Notes: generated by a model not told the origin, from the sequence alone. A DNA stretch of 64,000 bases from Bacteroidota bacterium (GCA_036141595.1 JAYZXD010000021.1:7969-71968); one strand, 5' to 3'; counted from the first letter of the stretch, positions 1 to 10,116 are shown. Numbers and translations are program-made.

Positions 1-2
1 CT

Positions 3-158
3 TTAAATACATGGATTGATTACTACAATGATATTGATATGAAAATTCCTGAAGGAAAACCTGGTATAAACCCTGGCGTTATGTCCTTGTCTGATAAAAT
101 CAACATTGTTCACATTTATGAAAAACCAAATGGAATGAAAAATAACATTAAAAAATAA
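3..158 (+). CDS. 3' end of an unidentified CDS (5' part lies outside the window)
   Basis: Frame 3 is open from the window edge to TAA at 156-158 (...KPGINPGVMSLSDKINIVHIYEKPNGMKNNIKK*). The other two + frames hit stops within 20 nt. 51 aa is too short to assign a family. Confidence 0.4.
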   Translation, partial: LNTWIDYYNDIDMKIPEGKPGINPGVMSLSDKINIVHIYEKPNGMKNNIKK

Positions 159-162
159 TACT

Positions 163-2046
163 ATGAAAATCAAGTCGATTATTTCTCTGCTATTTATTAC
201 GTGTTTTTTAAATGCACAAGATGTATTAAATATTGATGTGAATGAAGTAGTTATTTCATCAAATAGAGCTCAAAACCAAAAAAATATAACAAATATTCAA
301 ATAATTTCTCTAAAAGAAATTGAAAATGCACCAGTTCAAAGCATAGAAGATTTATTAGAATATGCAATGAATGTTGACATAAGACAAAGAGGCAGACAAG
401 GTGTTCAATCAGATATAAGTATTAGAGGTGGAAGTTTTGAACAAGTTTTAATTATGTTGAACGGAATCAAACTAAATGATCCTCAAACAGGTCACCACAA
501 TTTAAATCTACCTATTTCTTTAGAACAAATTGAAAAAATTGAGGTGATCACTGGTGGAGCTAGCAGAATTTATGGAAATTATGCCTATACAGGTGCAATA
601 AATATAATAACAAAAAAAAATTGTAAAAATTCTATTGATTTAAGTACTGGAAATAATGGATTTCAAAATGGAAGCCTGAATCTTGGATATGCTAAAAACA
701 CATATAATCATAATCTTTCAATAAACCAAAAAGAAAGTGATGGATACATTCAAGGAATGGATTACAACATAAGAAATTTTTATTATCAAATAAACTCAAC
801 AAAAAATGGAATTTATAAGCTTTTAAATGCAGGATATTCAGAAAAAGAATTTGGAGCATTTAGTTTTTACACTCCAGTATATCCAAATCAATTTGAAAAA
901 ACGAAAACTACGTTTGCTTCAATACAAATAAAAACTGATGGAAATATCTCATTTAGAAACAATTTATATTGGAGAAAACATAATGATAACTTCATATTAT
1001 TTAGAGAAAATCCATCTCTTTATCAAAACTTTCACGAAACAAATGTTTTTGGAACAGACATGAATATAATTCAAAAAACAAGTTATGGAAGTAACGTATT
1101 CGGAATGGAAATTAGAAACGATAATATAATTTCTAATATACTTGGAGAGGATTTAGAAAGCCCAATTCAAATTGACAGTAATAATTTTTATTTTAAAGGA
1201 GCAAATAGAACTTTAGTTAATCTTTTTGTTGAAAAAAATATCAATTTCAATAATTTAAATATATCAACTGGTTTCATGACTAACATTGATTCTGATTATG
1301 GCTACAGTTATTTTCCTGGTGTAGATATTTCTTATCAAATAAAAAGCAACATGAGTTTTTTTATTTCTTATAACAAATCAATGAGAACTCCAAATTACAC
1401 TGAACTATATTACAACTCCCCTACTAATGAAGGAAATATTAATTTACAACCCGAACATTCTGAAAACAAAGAAATTGGCTTAAAGTATAAACAAAAAAAT
1501 CTTACAACTAGCATAACATTTTATGAAAGAAAGGGAGAAAATATGATTGACTGGATTTTGTTAAATGGAGATAGTGTTTGGAGAACTCAAAATCTTAGCA
1601 GAATTAAAACAACCGGATATGAAATTAATTCACTTATTGACATTAACAATTTTCTAAATCTCAACCTTCCTTTTTCACCAGTTAATATCAACTTCGCTAT
1701 GAACAAGTCTGACACTAATTCAGTAGGCTTTCAATCAGCATATATATTAGATCATCTGAAAACAAATTTATCAATAAGTACTAATCAAACTATAAATAAA
1801 AAATTATTTGCTAACTGGAGATTTACTTATCAAGACAGAGAAGGGGGATATATCAATTTTGCAGATGGTATTGAAAATGATTATCTACCATTTTGGTTAG
1901 TTGACATTAAATTATCTTATAAATTATATTCTAACAATACAATTTATTTCGAGATCAATAATCTATTAGATAAAAAATATGTTGATTTTGGTAATATACC
2001 TCAGCCTGGAAGATGGGTTAGAACAGGAATAAAAATAAATTTATAA
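163..2046 (+). CDS. TonB-dependent outer-membrane receptor (substrate unknown)
   Basis: Signal peptide ending FLNAQ. Plug-domain motifs DISIRGGSFEQVLIMLNGIKLNDPQTG and IEKIEVITGGASRIYG. Long C-terminal region has a beta-barrel-like alternating aromatic/polar pattern. Confidence 0.85.
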   Translation: MKIKSIISLLFITCFLNAQDVLNIDVNEVVISSNRAQNQKNITNIQIISLKEIENAPVQSIEDLLEYAMNVDIRQRGRQGVQSDISIRGGSFEQVLIMLNGIKLNDPQTGHHNLNLPISLEQIEKIEVITGGASRIYGNYAYTGAINIITKKNCKNSIDLSTGNNGFQNGSLNLGYAKNTYNHNLSINQKESDGYIQGMDYNIRNFYYQINSTKNGIYKLLNAGYSEKEFGAFSFYTPVYPNQFEKTKTTFASIQIKTDGNISFRNNLYWRKHNDNFILFRENPSLYQNFHETNVFGTDMNIIQKTSYGSNVFGMEIRNDNIISNILGEDLESPIQIDSNNFYFKGANRTLVNLFVEKNINFNNLNISTGFMTNIDSDYGYSYFPGVDISYQIKSNMSFFISYNKSMRTPNYTELYYNSPTNEGNINLQPEHSENKEIGLKYKQKNLTTSITFYERKGENMIDWILLNGDSVWRTQNLSRIKTTGYEINSLIDINNFLNLNLPFSPVNINFAMNKSDTNSVGFQSAYILDHLKTNLSISTNQTINKKLFANWRFTYQDREGGYINFADGIENDYLPFWLVDIKLSYKLYSNNTIYFEINNLLDKKYVDFGNIPQPGRWVRTGIKINL

Positions 2047-2049
2047 ATA

Positions 2050-2502
2050 TTATTCTCTATTTTTTGTATCTATCAATATAGTTACAGGGCCATCATTTGT
2101 TGATTCTATCAACATATTAGCTCCAAATTTCCCACTCTTTACTTTTTTATTAGTTGTCATATCTAATTTTGTTATAAATTCTTGATATAGTAATATTGCT
2201 TCTTTTGATTTGGCAGCTTTAATGAATGAAGGACGATTACCTTTTTTTGTTTTTGCATGTAAAGTAAATTGACTAACTACAAGAATTTCCCCATTAATTT
2301 CATTTATAGAACTATTCATGTTGCCAAAAGAATCAGCAAACAATCTTAGTTTAGAAATTTTTTGAGCTAGCCATGAAGCATCCTCGTTTGTATCGTTTGT
2401 TTCAACACCCAATAAAATTAAATAACCAGACTCTATTGTAGAATAAGTATTATTTTCAATCAAAATTGATGCACTAGAAACTCGTTGTATTACTGCCCTC
2501 AC
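2050..2502 (-). CDS. dtd: D-aminoacyl-tRNA deacylase
   Basis: 150 aa. MRAVIQRV start, LLGV, SQFTL, GNRPSF and NDGPVT motifs are colinear with Dtd. Confidence 0.9.
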   Translation of the reverse strand: MRAVIQRVSSASILIENNTYSTIESGYLILLGVETNDTNEDASWLAQKISKLRLFADSFGNMNSSINEINGEILVVSQFTLHAKTKKGNRPSFIKAAKSKEAILLYQEFITKLDMTTNKKVKSGKFGANMLIESTNDGPVTILIDTKNRE

Positions 2503-2514
2503 TTTTTAAAAATT

Positions 2515-3432
2515 TTATCTGAAAAGATCATCACTATCTTCATTTAACATAGATAAATAATTTTTATACCTACTTTGCAAAATCTCTCCATTTTCCAAAG
2601 CTATTTTCACAGCACAATGGGGTTCATCTTTATGTACACAGTTATGAAACTTACATTTTGATTTTAAATTAAAAAACTCCTTAAAATAGTTACCAATATC
2701 ATGTTTTTCAATAGATACTAATCCAAAACCTTTAATTCCTGGAGTATCAATAATTGATCCCCCGAATTCAAATTCATGTAGTTGAGAAAATGTTGTAGTA
2801 TGCTGTCCTTGATTATGTGCAACAGAAATTGGCATTGTTAAAATATTCAGATTTGGTTGTAACCTATTTATTAATGTTGATTTCCCTACACCCGAATGTC
2901 CTGCAATCATATTAACTTTTCCTTTTAAAATTTTTTTAATATCAGAAATACTTTCAAATAGAATAGATGTTTTAAGACACTTATATCCAATTTTTTGATA
3001 GTATTTTTTGAGTATTTTTAATTCTTTAAGAGAGCTATCATCTAATAAGTCTATTTTATTAAATATTAAAACAACATCTACGTCATATGCATTAGCAGCA
3101 ACTAAAAATCTGTCAATAAAGCCAGTTGAAGTAATAGGACTTGATAATGTAATCATTAAAATAGCCTGATCAACATTTGCTGCAATAATATGTGTTTTTT
3201 TAGATAAGTTAACCGACTTTCTTATAATATAATTTTTCCTATCATATAGTTCGGTAATTACCCATTTTTCTTTTACTTTACTAATTTCAACTTTGTCTCC
3301 AACTACAATAGGATTTGTGCTTTTGATACCAGCTATTCGAAATTTACCTTTTAAAATAGATTCAAAAATAATACCATTCTCTAGCTTAACCAGATAACTT
3401 TTTCCTGTTGACTTTATTACAATTCCTCTCAT
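2515..3432 (-). CDS. rsgA: Ribosome small-subunit-dependent GTPase A
   Basis: Circularly permuted GTPase with NKIDL upstream of the GHSGVGKSTLIN P-loop. C-terminal zinc knuckle CKFHNCVHKDEPHCAV. Confidence 0.9.
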   Translation of the reverse strand: MRGIVIKSTGKSYLVKLENGIIFESILKGKFRIAGIKSTNPIVVGDKVEISKVKEKWVITELYDRKNYIIRKSVNLSKKTHIIAANVDQAILMITLSSPITSTGFIDRFLVAANAYDVDVVLIFNKIDLLDDSSLKELKILKKYYQKIGYKCLKTSILFESISDIKKILKGKVNMIAGHSGVGKSTLINRLQPNLNILTMPISVAHNQGQHTTTFSQLHEFEFGGSIIDTPGIKGFGLVSIEKHDIGNYFKEFFNLKSKCKFHNCVHKDEPHCAVKIALENGEILQSRYKNYLSMLNEDSDDLFR

Positions 3433-3454
3433 TTATGCAGGACTAGCAATAGAT

Positions 3455-4477
3455 TTAATTTAATTTTTTCTTCCATTTTTGCTTTGCATATTCTTGCATG
3501 TCTATTACCTTATCATTTTCATCAATTATTTCTAATCCTAATAATGTTTCAATTATATCTTCCATTGTAATAATTCCATCAAAGCCACCGTATTCATCAA
3601 CAATCATCGATATATGTTCTTTGTTTTCAATTAACTTATTGAATAAACTAAATAAATTAATAGAATTTGGCAAAGTCAAAATATTTCTTTTAAAATTTTT
3701 TAATTTAATATTTTCTAAATTTTCTTCTAAAGATTTCTCTAAAATATCCTGCAAGTAAATATAACCACTAATTTTTTCTTTTTGATCGGAGAAAATAGGT
3801 ATACGAGAAAAATTAAGATTATCTACTTTAGTTTTAAAATTAGAAAGAGATAAATTCTCATCCATAGAAAAAACTACCACTCTAGGTGTCATAATTTCTG
3901 CAGCCTTAACTTTTTTTAAATTAATTATATTTTGTATTATTTTGTTTTCTTGCTTTGAAAAAACCCCTTCATCATAACCCAAGTTTGCTAAAGCAGAAAT
4001 TTGTTCTCTTGTAACTAATGTTTCTTTTTTAATAGCAAATAAACTTGTAATTTTACTAGATATTATTACTAATGGATAAGAAACTATTACCATAAATTTA
4101 ATTATATAAAAAGTATATCTAGAAAGTTTTTTACAATAAATAGCACCAATTGTTTTGGGAATTATTTCAGAAAAAATAAGAATCAAAATGGTTAAAATTG
4201 CTGACACAATTCCTAAATAACTATCACCAAATAATCTTGTTGCCTCAGCCCCAACTCCTGCAGCCCCTATTGTATGGGCGATTGTGTTTAATGCTAAAAT
4301 TGCAGACAAAGGTGTATCAACATTTTTCTTAAAATTTAAAAAGGAAATAGCCCATGGACTTTGATCTTTAATCGAATTTAAATAAGAACGAGAGATAGAC
4401 AAGAAAACCGCTTCAACCAAAGAGCAAATAAAAGAAATAACTAATGCTAATAGTAAATATGCAAACAATGCATTCAT
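3455..4477 (-). CDS. CNNM/DUF21 membrane domain plus CBS-pair protein (hemolysin/TlyC-like); no CorC_HlyC C-terminal domain evident
   Basis: Four N-terminal hydrophobic helices (SEIIPKTIG motif) followed by a CBS-pair-like region (IMTPRVVVFSM ... MIVDEYGGFDGIITMEDIIE). The protein ends soon after the second CBS. Confidence 0.8.
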   Translation of the reverse strand: MNALFAYLLLALVISFICSLVEAVFLSISRSYLNSIKDQSPWAISFLNFKKNVDTPLSAILALNTIAHTIGAAGVGAEATRLFGDSYLGIVSAILTILILIFSEIIPKTIGAIYCKKLSRYTFYIIKFMVIVSYPLVIISSKITSLFAIKKETLVTREQISALANLGYDEGVFSKQENKIIQNIINLKKVKAAEIMTPRVVVFSMDENLSLSNFKTKVDNLNFSRIPIFSDQKEKISGYIYLQDILEKSLEENLENIKLKNFKRNILTLPNSINLFSLFNKLIENKEHISMIVDEYGGFDGIITMEDIIETLLGLEIIDENDKVIDMQEYAKQKWKKKLN

Positions 4478-4484
4478 ATAAAAG

Positions 4485-4492
4485 CAAAATTA
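4485..4492 (-). promoter_or_regulatory. Candidate Bacteroidetes -7 promoter box for the CNNM-rsgA-dtd unit
   Basis: Minus strand reads TAatTTTG, an exact match to TAnnTTTG. The G lies 7 nt upstream of the ATG at 4477. Confidence 0.45.
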
Positions 4493-4532
4493 ATTTAAAG
4501 TATTAATTACAACAAGGAATTTTGAAATATAT

Positions 4533-4540
4533 TATATTTG
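4533..4540 (+). promoter_or_regulatory. Candidate -7 promoter box for the ABC ATPase gene
   Basis: TAtaTTTG, an exact match to TAnnTTTG, 36 nt upstream of the ATG at 4577. Confidence 0.45.
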
Positions 4541-4576
4541 ATTTGTTAAAATTTTTTTTCTGATTAAATTAGTATT

Positions 4577-5278
4577 ATGTCAATTAACGTTAAAAATTTA
4601 TCAAAAACTTATACTGAAAAACTAGCGTTAGATAATATATCATTTAGTATTAAAAAAGGTGAAATTGTTGGACTGTTAGGACCAAACGGTGCTGGCAAAT
4701 CAACATTAATGAAAATTTTAGCGCAATCTTTAACACAATACAAGGGAGAAGTATCGATTTGTAATTTAAACTCACATAAAAATAATCTACTTATAAAATC
4801 AAAAATTGGATACTTAGCAGAAAACAACCCTCTATATAATAACATGTTTGTAAAAGAATACTTAAGTTTTGTTTCTAGAGTCTACAAAATTAAAAATTCT
4901 GAAAATCGTATAATAGAAATTATGGATGCTACAGGATTAACAAAAGAGTATAAAAAAAAGATCAGCGCATTATCAAAGGGCTTTAAACAACGTGTTGGCT
5001 TAGCAGCTGCATTTATTCATAATCCAGACGTGCTAATATTAGACGAACCAACTACTGGTCTTGACCCTAATCAATTAATTGAAATGCGGAAACTAATAAA
5101 AAAAATCAGCGAGGAGAAAACAGTACTATTATCAACTCATATATTACAAGAAGCGTATAAAATATGTACAAGAGTTATTTTATTAAATAATGGTCAAATT
5201 ATTGATGATAAACCCATTAAATACATAATAGAAAATAATGTAAATTTAGAAAATCATTTTAAGGCCCTAACAACATAA
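4577..5278 (+). CDS. ABC transporter ATP-binding protein (no adjacent permease gene)
   Basis: Walker A GPNGAGKST, signature LSKGFKQR, Walker B VLILDEPTTGLD, H-loop STHIL. Confidence 0.85.
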   Translation: MSINVKNLSKTYTEKLALDNISFSIKKGEIVGLLGPNGAGKSTLMKILAQSLTQYKGEVSICNLNSHKNNLLIKSKIGYLAENNPLYNNMFVKEYLSFVSRVYKIKNSENRIIEIMDATGLTKEYKKKISALSKGFKQRVGLAAAFIHNPDVLILDEPTTGLDPNQLIEMRKLIKKISEEKTVLLSTHILQEAYKICTRVILLNNGQIIDDKPIKYIIENNVNLENHFKALTT

Positions 5279-5294
5279 AATAATACATTTTTAA

Positions 5295-5302
5295 TATATT
5301 TG
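5295..5302 (+). promoter_or_regulatory. Candidate -7 promoter box for the metK leader
   Basis: TAtaTTTG, an exact match to TAnnTTTG. It ends 9 nt before the first helix of the putative riboswitch. Confidence 0.5.
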
Positions 5303-5309
5303 TAAACAT

Positions 5310-5358
5310 AAGTGGAAAGATTTGGCCTATTGCAACCACTAAAAAAAATGCTAAAATG
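5310..5358 (+). promoter_or_regulatory. Putative SAM-II/SAM-V-clan riboswitch aptamer (H-type pseudoknot) in the metK 5' leader
   Basis: GUGG (5312-5315) pairs with CCAC (5336-5339). The enclosed loop carries UUUGGC (5321-5326) and UAUUGCAA. After an A-rich linker U-A8-U, GCUAAA (5350-5355) is complementary to the loop UUUGGC. The layout and conserved blocks resemble the SAM-II/SAM-V consensus as I remember it. It sits directly upstream of metK. Confidence 0.55.
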
Positions 5359-5415
5359 CATCTCAATTAGTAACTCCAAGCCAAATCTTATTTTTTAATT
5401 TTAAACTATAACATT

Positions 5416-6672
5416 ATGTCATATTTTTTTACTTCTGAATCTGTTTCTGAAGGACATCCAGATAAGATAGCTGATCAAATTTCTGATGCTTTACTAGATA
5501 ATTTTTTAGCACAAGATTCAGAATCAAAAGTTGCTTGCGAAACTTTAGTCACAACTGGTCTAACTGTACTCAGTGGTGAAGTTACAACTAAAGCATACAT
5601 AGATGTTCAAAAAATTGCAAGAGAAGTGATTCTGAAAATAGGCTATAACAAATCAGAGTACCAGTTTGACGGAGATAGTTGTGGTGTAATTTCTGCAATT
5701 CATGAACAATCTCCTGACATAAATCAAGGAGTTGTTGAAGGAAAAGGTTTAAATAAAGAGCAAGGAGCAGGAGATCAAGGTATGATGTTTGGTTACGCAA
5801 CAAACGAAACTGAAAATCTAATGCCTCTTGCACTAGACATATCACATAAAATACTAATTGAATTAGCCAAAATAAGAAAAAAAGGTGTTGAAATGACTTA
5901 TTTGCGTCCTGATTCCAAATCTCAAGTAACAATTGAATATAATGATGATCATACACCAATGAAGATAACTGATATTGTTGTTTCAACTCAACATGATGAA
6001 TTTGCAGATGAAGAAATTATGCAAAAACAAATTAAAAAAGATGTTAAAGAAATTTTAATTCCGAAAGTTAAAGCATGCTTATCAAATGAAAATAAACTAT
6101 TATTTGGTGAAGAAAAATATCATGTAAATCCAACTGGAAAATTTGTTATTGGTGGTCCACATGGAGATACTGGCTTAACAGGTAGAAAAATAATAGTAGA
6201 TACTTACGGAGGTAAAGGGGCACACGGAGGAGGTGCTTTTTCTGGAAAAGACCCTTCAAAAGTTGATAGATCGGCAGCATACGCAACACGTCACATAGCT
6301 AAAAATTTAGTAGCTGCAGGAGTTGCTGAAAGAATACTAGTACAGGTTAGCTATGCTATTGGAATAGCTGAACCTATGGGTATATTTATAGACACCTACG
6401 GAACAAGCAAGGTAAATATGTCGGATGGAAAAATTGCAGAGAAAGTAAAAAATATGGCTTGTTTTAATCTAAAACCAGCTTCCATAATTAAAAGATTAAA
6501 ATTAAAACAGCCAATATATTCTGAAACAGCTGCATATGGCCACATGGGAAGAAAATCAGAAAAGAAACAAGTGATCTTTAAAACAAATAAAGGATCAACA
6601 AGCTTTGATATCGAGACATTTACTTGGGAGAAATTGGACTGTATTGATGAAGTAAAAAAGGTGTTTTTTTAA
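5416..6672 (+). CDS. metK: S-adenosylmethionine synthetase
   Basis: [38 protein letters not shown] and [19 protein letters not shown] motifs. Confidence 0.95.
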   Translation: MSYFFTSESVSEGHPDKIADQISDALLDNFLAQDSESKVACETLVTTGLTVLSGEVTTKAYIDVQKIAREVILKIGYNKSEYQFDGDSCGVISAIHEQSPDINQGVVEGKGLNKEQGAGDQGMMFGYATNETENLMPLALDISHKILIELAKIRKKGVEMTYLRPDSKSQVTIEYNDDHTPMKITDIVVSTQHDEFADEEIMQKQIKKDVKEILIPKVKACLSNENKLLFGEEKYHVNPTGKFVIGGPHGDTGLTGRKIIVDTYGGKGAHGGGAFSGKDPSKVDRSAAYATRHIAKNLVAAGVAERILVQVSYAIGIAEPMGIFIDTYGTSKVNMSDGKIAEKVKNMACFNLKPASIIKRLKLKQPIYSETAAYGHMGRKSEKKQVIFKTNKGSTSFDIETFTWEKLDCIDEVKKVFF

Positions 6673-6700
6673 TGTAGGAAACACCAAATAACTATAAGTA

Positions 6701-9700
6701 ATGAAATATAGTATTATAATTGTTTTATTGTATTTTAATTTTGATCTTTTTTCACAAGTAGAAATGAGTTATGATCAAGAAGCTAAATATCTTCCATATT
6801 GGGTTGAGTTAATGTATGAAGAAAAATCTAATGAGGGAATAGTAATAGATGAGTATAACAAGTATTACAAAAAGAATAAATTTAAAAAAAATAAATATAC
6901 TCAATATTACAAAAGATGGTTACGTAATATTAGCAGATCTTCTAATGCCAAACAAACAAATAAGAAATCGAAAAGCTCAAATCAGTGGCAATGTATTGGA
7001 CCTTGGGATTTTGATAAAGATGCTGAAAGTAGAAGTTATGCTCCAGGATCTGCACACATATATTCAATAGAACAAAGTATCAGTAATCCAAATATATTAT
7101 ACGCTGGCACAGCTACTGCAGGTGCTTGGAAAACTATTGATAAAGGAGATAATTGGAATCTAATTACTAAAAATTTACCTCTTAACGAAGTATATTCAAT
7201 TGAAATTGATTTTATTAATCCTAATATAATTTATATAAGTGGTAACGGAGGTATTTATAAATCTTATAACGGAGGAGGAAATTGGACTATTATTGGCGAT
7301 ATTAATTTTACTAATTTATACCACACAACAAAAGATATAAAATTAAATCCAGATAATAATAATATTCTTTATATCGCATCTAGCGAAGGCTTGTTTAAAT
7401 CTACAGATGGTGGATATAATTTTTCATTAATAATGAGTGGAAACTTTTTAGAAATTGAATTTCATCCAATCTCATCAGATACAATATATTTTATTAAACA
7501 AATTGGCAACAAAACAGAGTTTTACAGATCAGATGATGCAGGTAATACATTAACATTACATTCAAATGGATGGCCAGCTCCTTCTAATAATGAGGAACAA
7601 AAAAGAACAGAGATAGCTGTAAGTTCTGCTGCACCAAATAAAATTGTTGCTCTTGCAACAGGAGCCGCAAATGGAGGTAGCGGGTTATATGGAATATACA
7701 TAAGTTATGACAAAGGAGATAATTGGTCTTTTCAATGCTGTGGGCCGCACCCTGCAGGAGCTCCTGATTCAATAAATATTAATATGATGGGATGGCAACC
7801 AGATGGATCTGATGACGGCGGACAATATTACTATGATTTAGCACTAGCTGTTAATCCATATGATGCAAATATTATTCATGTTGGAGGAGTAAATCATTGG
7901 ATATCATACGATAATGGGCTTACATTCAGTTGTCCCGCAAAATGGAGTGAACCACATAAAAAAGGCTATGTTCATGCTGATATTCATGATATTAATTATT
8001 TTGGAAATGACTTGTGGTTTGCCTGTGACGGTGGTATTTTTTACTCTGATAATTCAGGTGATAGCATATATAAAAAACAATTTGGCATAGCTGGTACTGA
8101 CTTTTGGGGTTTTGGAACAGGTTTTGTAGACGGAGAAATAATGCTTGGTGGAACATATCATAATGGAACATTACTCAAAGACGGCAACACTTATCTAAAC
8201 GATTGGCTATGTACAGACGGAGGTGATAACATAAGAGGATTTGTAAATTTTGGAAATCCAAGAATAGCATACAGTGATTATGGTGGAAAGACACTATCAG
8301 GTAATAGAAATATTCCTATTTCAAGTTTTTCTGTTGAAAAACTACCTAACGCATCATATATTGTTGGCGAGTCTTCTCAGATAGAATTTGACCCAAGATG
8401 TTATAATTGGTTGTATTCTGGAAATGACACAACACTTTGGTTATCAAAAAATGGAGGAGTAACATTTGAACCAATTTATCATTTTGATGAAAAAATTACA
8501 TCAGTAGAAGTATCATGGAGTAACCCCGATGTTATATACTTGGCAACATTTCCTTCTTGGTGGGGAACAAAAAAAATATATAAAACAACTGATGCAGGAA
8601 TAACATGGACAGATATAACTCCAACAAATTTAAATGGGCAAGATTGGATACCATATGACATAACAGTTAGTAGCAATGATGAAAACACGCTTTGGGTTGC
8701 GAGGACGAGTATGTATGGTGATACATGGGATGCTCAAGGCTATGAAATATTTAAATCAATAGATGGAGGACAAAATTGGATAAATCTTAGCACACCCACA
8801 CTTGATAATGTTAATATAACAAATATAGAGCATCAAAGAGGAAGCGAAGGAGGAGTATACATTGGAACTAGAGAATCTGTATATTACAGAAATAATAATA
8901 TGACTGATTGGGATATCTATAATTCAGATTTACCAAAAAACACATACTCTACACAACTAAGTCTTTATTACGGAAAAGGTCTTTTAAGAAACGGTACAAA
9001 TAGAAGTGCATATGAAATCGAATTTTATGAAAATAGTCCCCCCTCTGCTCAAATAGCAGCAGATAAACTAACAATAAATTGTTTTAATGACACAGTACAA
9101 TTTGTAGATCATTCTGCATTAAGAATTAATAGCGCTACTTGGCAATGGTCTTTTCCAGGAGGATACCCCTCGACCTCAAATATTCGAAACCCTAGTGTAA
9201 TATACTCACAACCGGGTAAATATAATGTGAGTTTAACTGTTACCGATTCATTTGGGACAAGTTCACAACACTACACAGATTTTATTGAATATAAAGACAC
9301 CATATCTAATATTACTAATAATATAAATATAAATCAAAATTTTGAAAATAATATCTTCCCTCCTACAAGTTGGGAACTACAATCTTCTTCTTTTAGTTGG
9401 CTTTCTACTGATGTTGATTTCGGCATAGATTGTTTACCAACAACTACTGCTTATGTTAATCATTACTGGATTCAATATCCTGGAGAAGAAGCATATCTCA
9501 TTACAAATAAAGTTGCTTTAGGAAATGGAACATTAGCCGAAAACTGGTTGACTTATGATTATGCCTATTCTGGCTATGCAAGTGGTTATGATGATGGACT
9601 TAGAATTGATATTTCAACTAATTGTGGAACCAGCTGGGATTCTATTTACGGCGCGTTTGGTCCTAATTTACAAACAGTGCCTTATGAAAGTAGCGCTTGG

Positions 9701-10108
9701 ACTCCAACCTGTGGCAGCTGGGCAACTGATAGCATAAATTTAAGTAATTTAGGACTGAACGGTGATACTATTATGTTTCGTTTTGTAGCTATTAATGGTT
9801 ATGGAAATCATTTTTATCTAGACAATATTAATGTAAATGGGTTAAATATTTTATTTAATGAAGAAAAAAACGAACTGTTTAGTCAAACTAAAATATACCC
9901 TAATCCTTCTAATGGTAATATTAATATCAAAACAAACATTGACAAATTAAAAATAAAAATATATTCTTCATTAGGAGAATTAATGACTGAAAAAAACATT
10001 GAAAAAAATGTAAAATCAATTGATTTTAATAAAATGCCTAAAGGAATATATCTAATCCAACTAATTAATCAAAATAATACTGAAGCTAGAAAATTTGTTA
10101 TACAATAA
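6701..10108 (+). CDS. Large secreted BNR/sortilin-like repeat protein with a PKD-like domain, jelly-roll-like domain and T9SS C-terminal sorting domain
   Basis: Signal peptide. Repeated S/T-x-D-x-G-x-x-W/F motifs (KTIDKGDNW, KSYNGGGNW, KSTDGGYNF, SYDKGDNW, SKNGGVTF, TTDAGITW, KSIDGGQNW). PKD-like WQWSFPGG...KYNVSLTVTDSFG. C terminus KIYPNPSNGNINI...KGIYLIQLIN...KFVIQ, typical of type-A T9SS CTDs. Confidence 0.75.
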   Translation: MKYSIIIVLLYFNFDLFSQVEMSYDQEAKYLPYWVELMYEEKSNEGIVIDEYNKYYKKNKFKKNKYTQYYKRWLRNISRSSNAKQTNKKSKSSNQWQCIGPWDFDKDAESRSYAPGSAHIYSIEQSISNPNILYAGTATAGAWKTIDKGDNWNLITKNLPLNEVYSIEIDFINPNIIYISGNGGIYKSYNGGGNWTIIGDINFTNLYHTTKDIKLNPDNNNILYIASSEGLFKSTDGGYNFSLIMSGNFLEIEFHPISSDTIYFIKQIGNKTEFYRSDDAGNTLTLHSNGWPAPSNNEEQKRTEIAVSSAAPNKIVALATGAANGGSGLYGIYISYDKGDNWSFQCCGPHPAGAPDSININMMGWQPDGSDDGGQYYYDLALAVNPYDANIIHVGGVNHWISYDNGLTFSCPAKWSEPHKKGYVHADIHDINYFGNDLWFACDGGIFYSDNSGDSIYKKQFGIAGTDFWGFGTGFVDGEIMLGGTYHNGTLLKDGNTYLNDWLCTDGGDNIRGFVNFGNPRIAYSDYGGKTLSGNRNIPISSFSVEKLPNASYIVGESSQIEFDPRCYNWLYSGNDTTLWLSKNGGVTFEPIYHFDEKITSVEVSWSNPDVIYLATFPSWWGTKKIYKTTDAGITWTDITPTNLNGQDWIPYDITVSSNDENTLWVARTSMYGDTWDAQGYEIFKSIDGGQNWINLSTPTLDNVNITNIEHQRGSEGGVYIGTRESVYYRNNNMTDWDIYNSDLPKNTYSTQLSLYYGKGLLRNGTNRSAYEIEFYENSPPSAQIAADKLTINCFNDTVQFVDHSALRINSATWQWSFPGGYPSTSNIRNPSVIYSQPGKYNVSLTVTDSFGTSSQHYTDFIEYKDTISNITNNININQNFENNIFPPTSWELQSSSFSWLSTDVDFGIDCLPTTTAYVNHYWIQYPGEEAYLITNKVALGNGTLAENWLTYDYAYSGYASGYDDGLRIDISTNCGTSWDSIYGAFGPNLQTVPYESSAWTPTCGSWATDSINLSNLGLNGDTIMFRFVAINGYGNHFYLDNINVNGLNILFNEEKNELFSQTKIYPNPSNGNINIKTNIDKLKIKIYSSLGELMTEKNIEKNVKSIDFNKMPKGIYLIQLINQNNTEARKFVIQ

Positions 10109-10116
10109 TTAAAATT

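Noticed and set aside
5588-5986. 132-aa ORF antisense to metK
   Set aside because: It is fully nested opposite a strongly conserved gene, and its sequence is low-complexity Leu/Gln-rich with no motif. It looks like a typical shadow ORF. The same reasoning applies to the other nested or alternate-frame ORFs in the track: 3498-3758, 4609-4845, 6849-7070, 7584-7772, 8479-8688, 9555-9737, 10655-10939, 13017-13250, 13425-13676 and 14613-14927.
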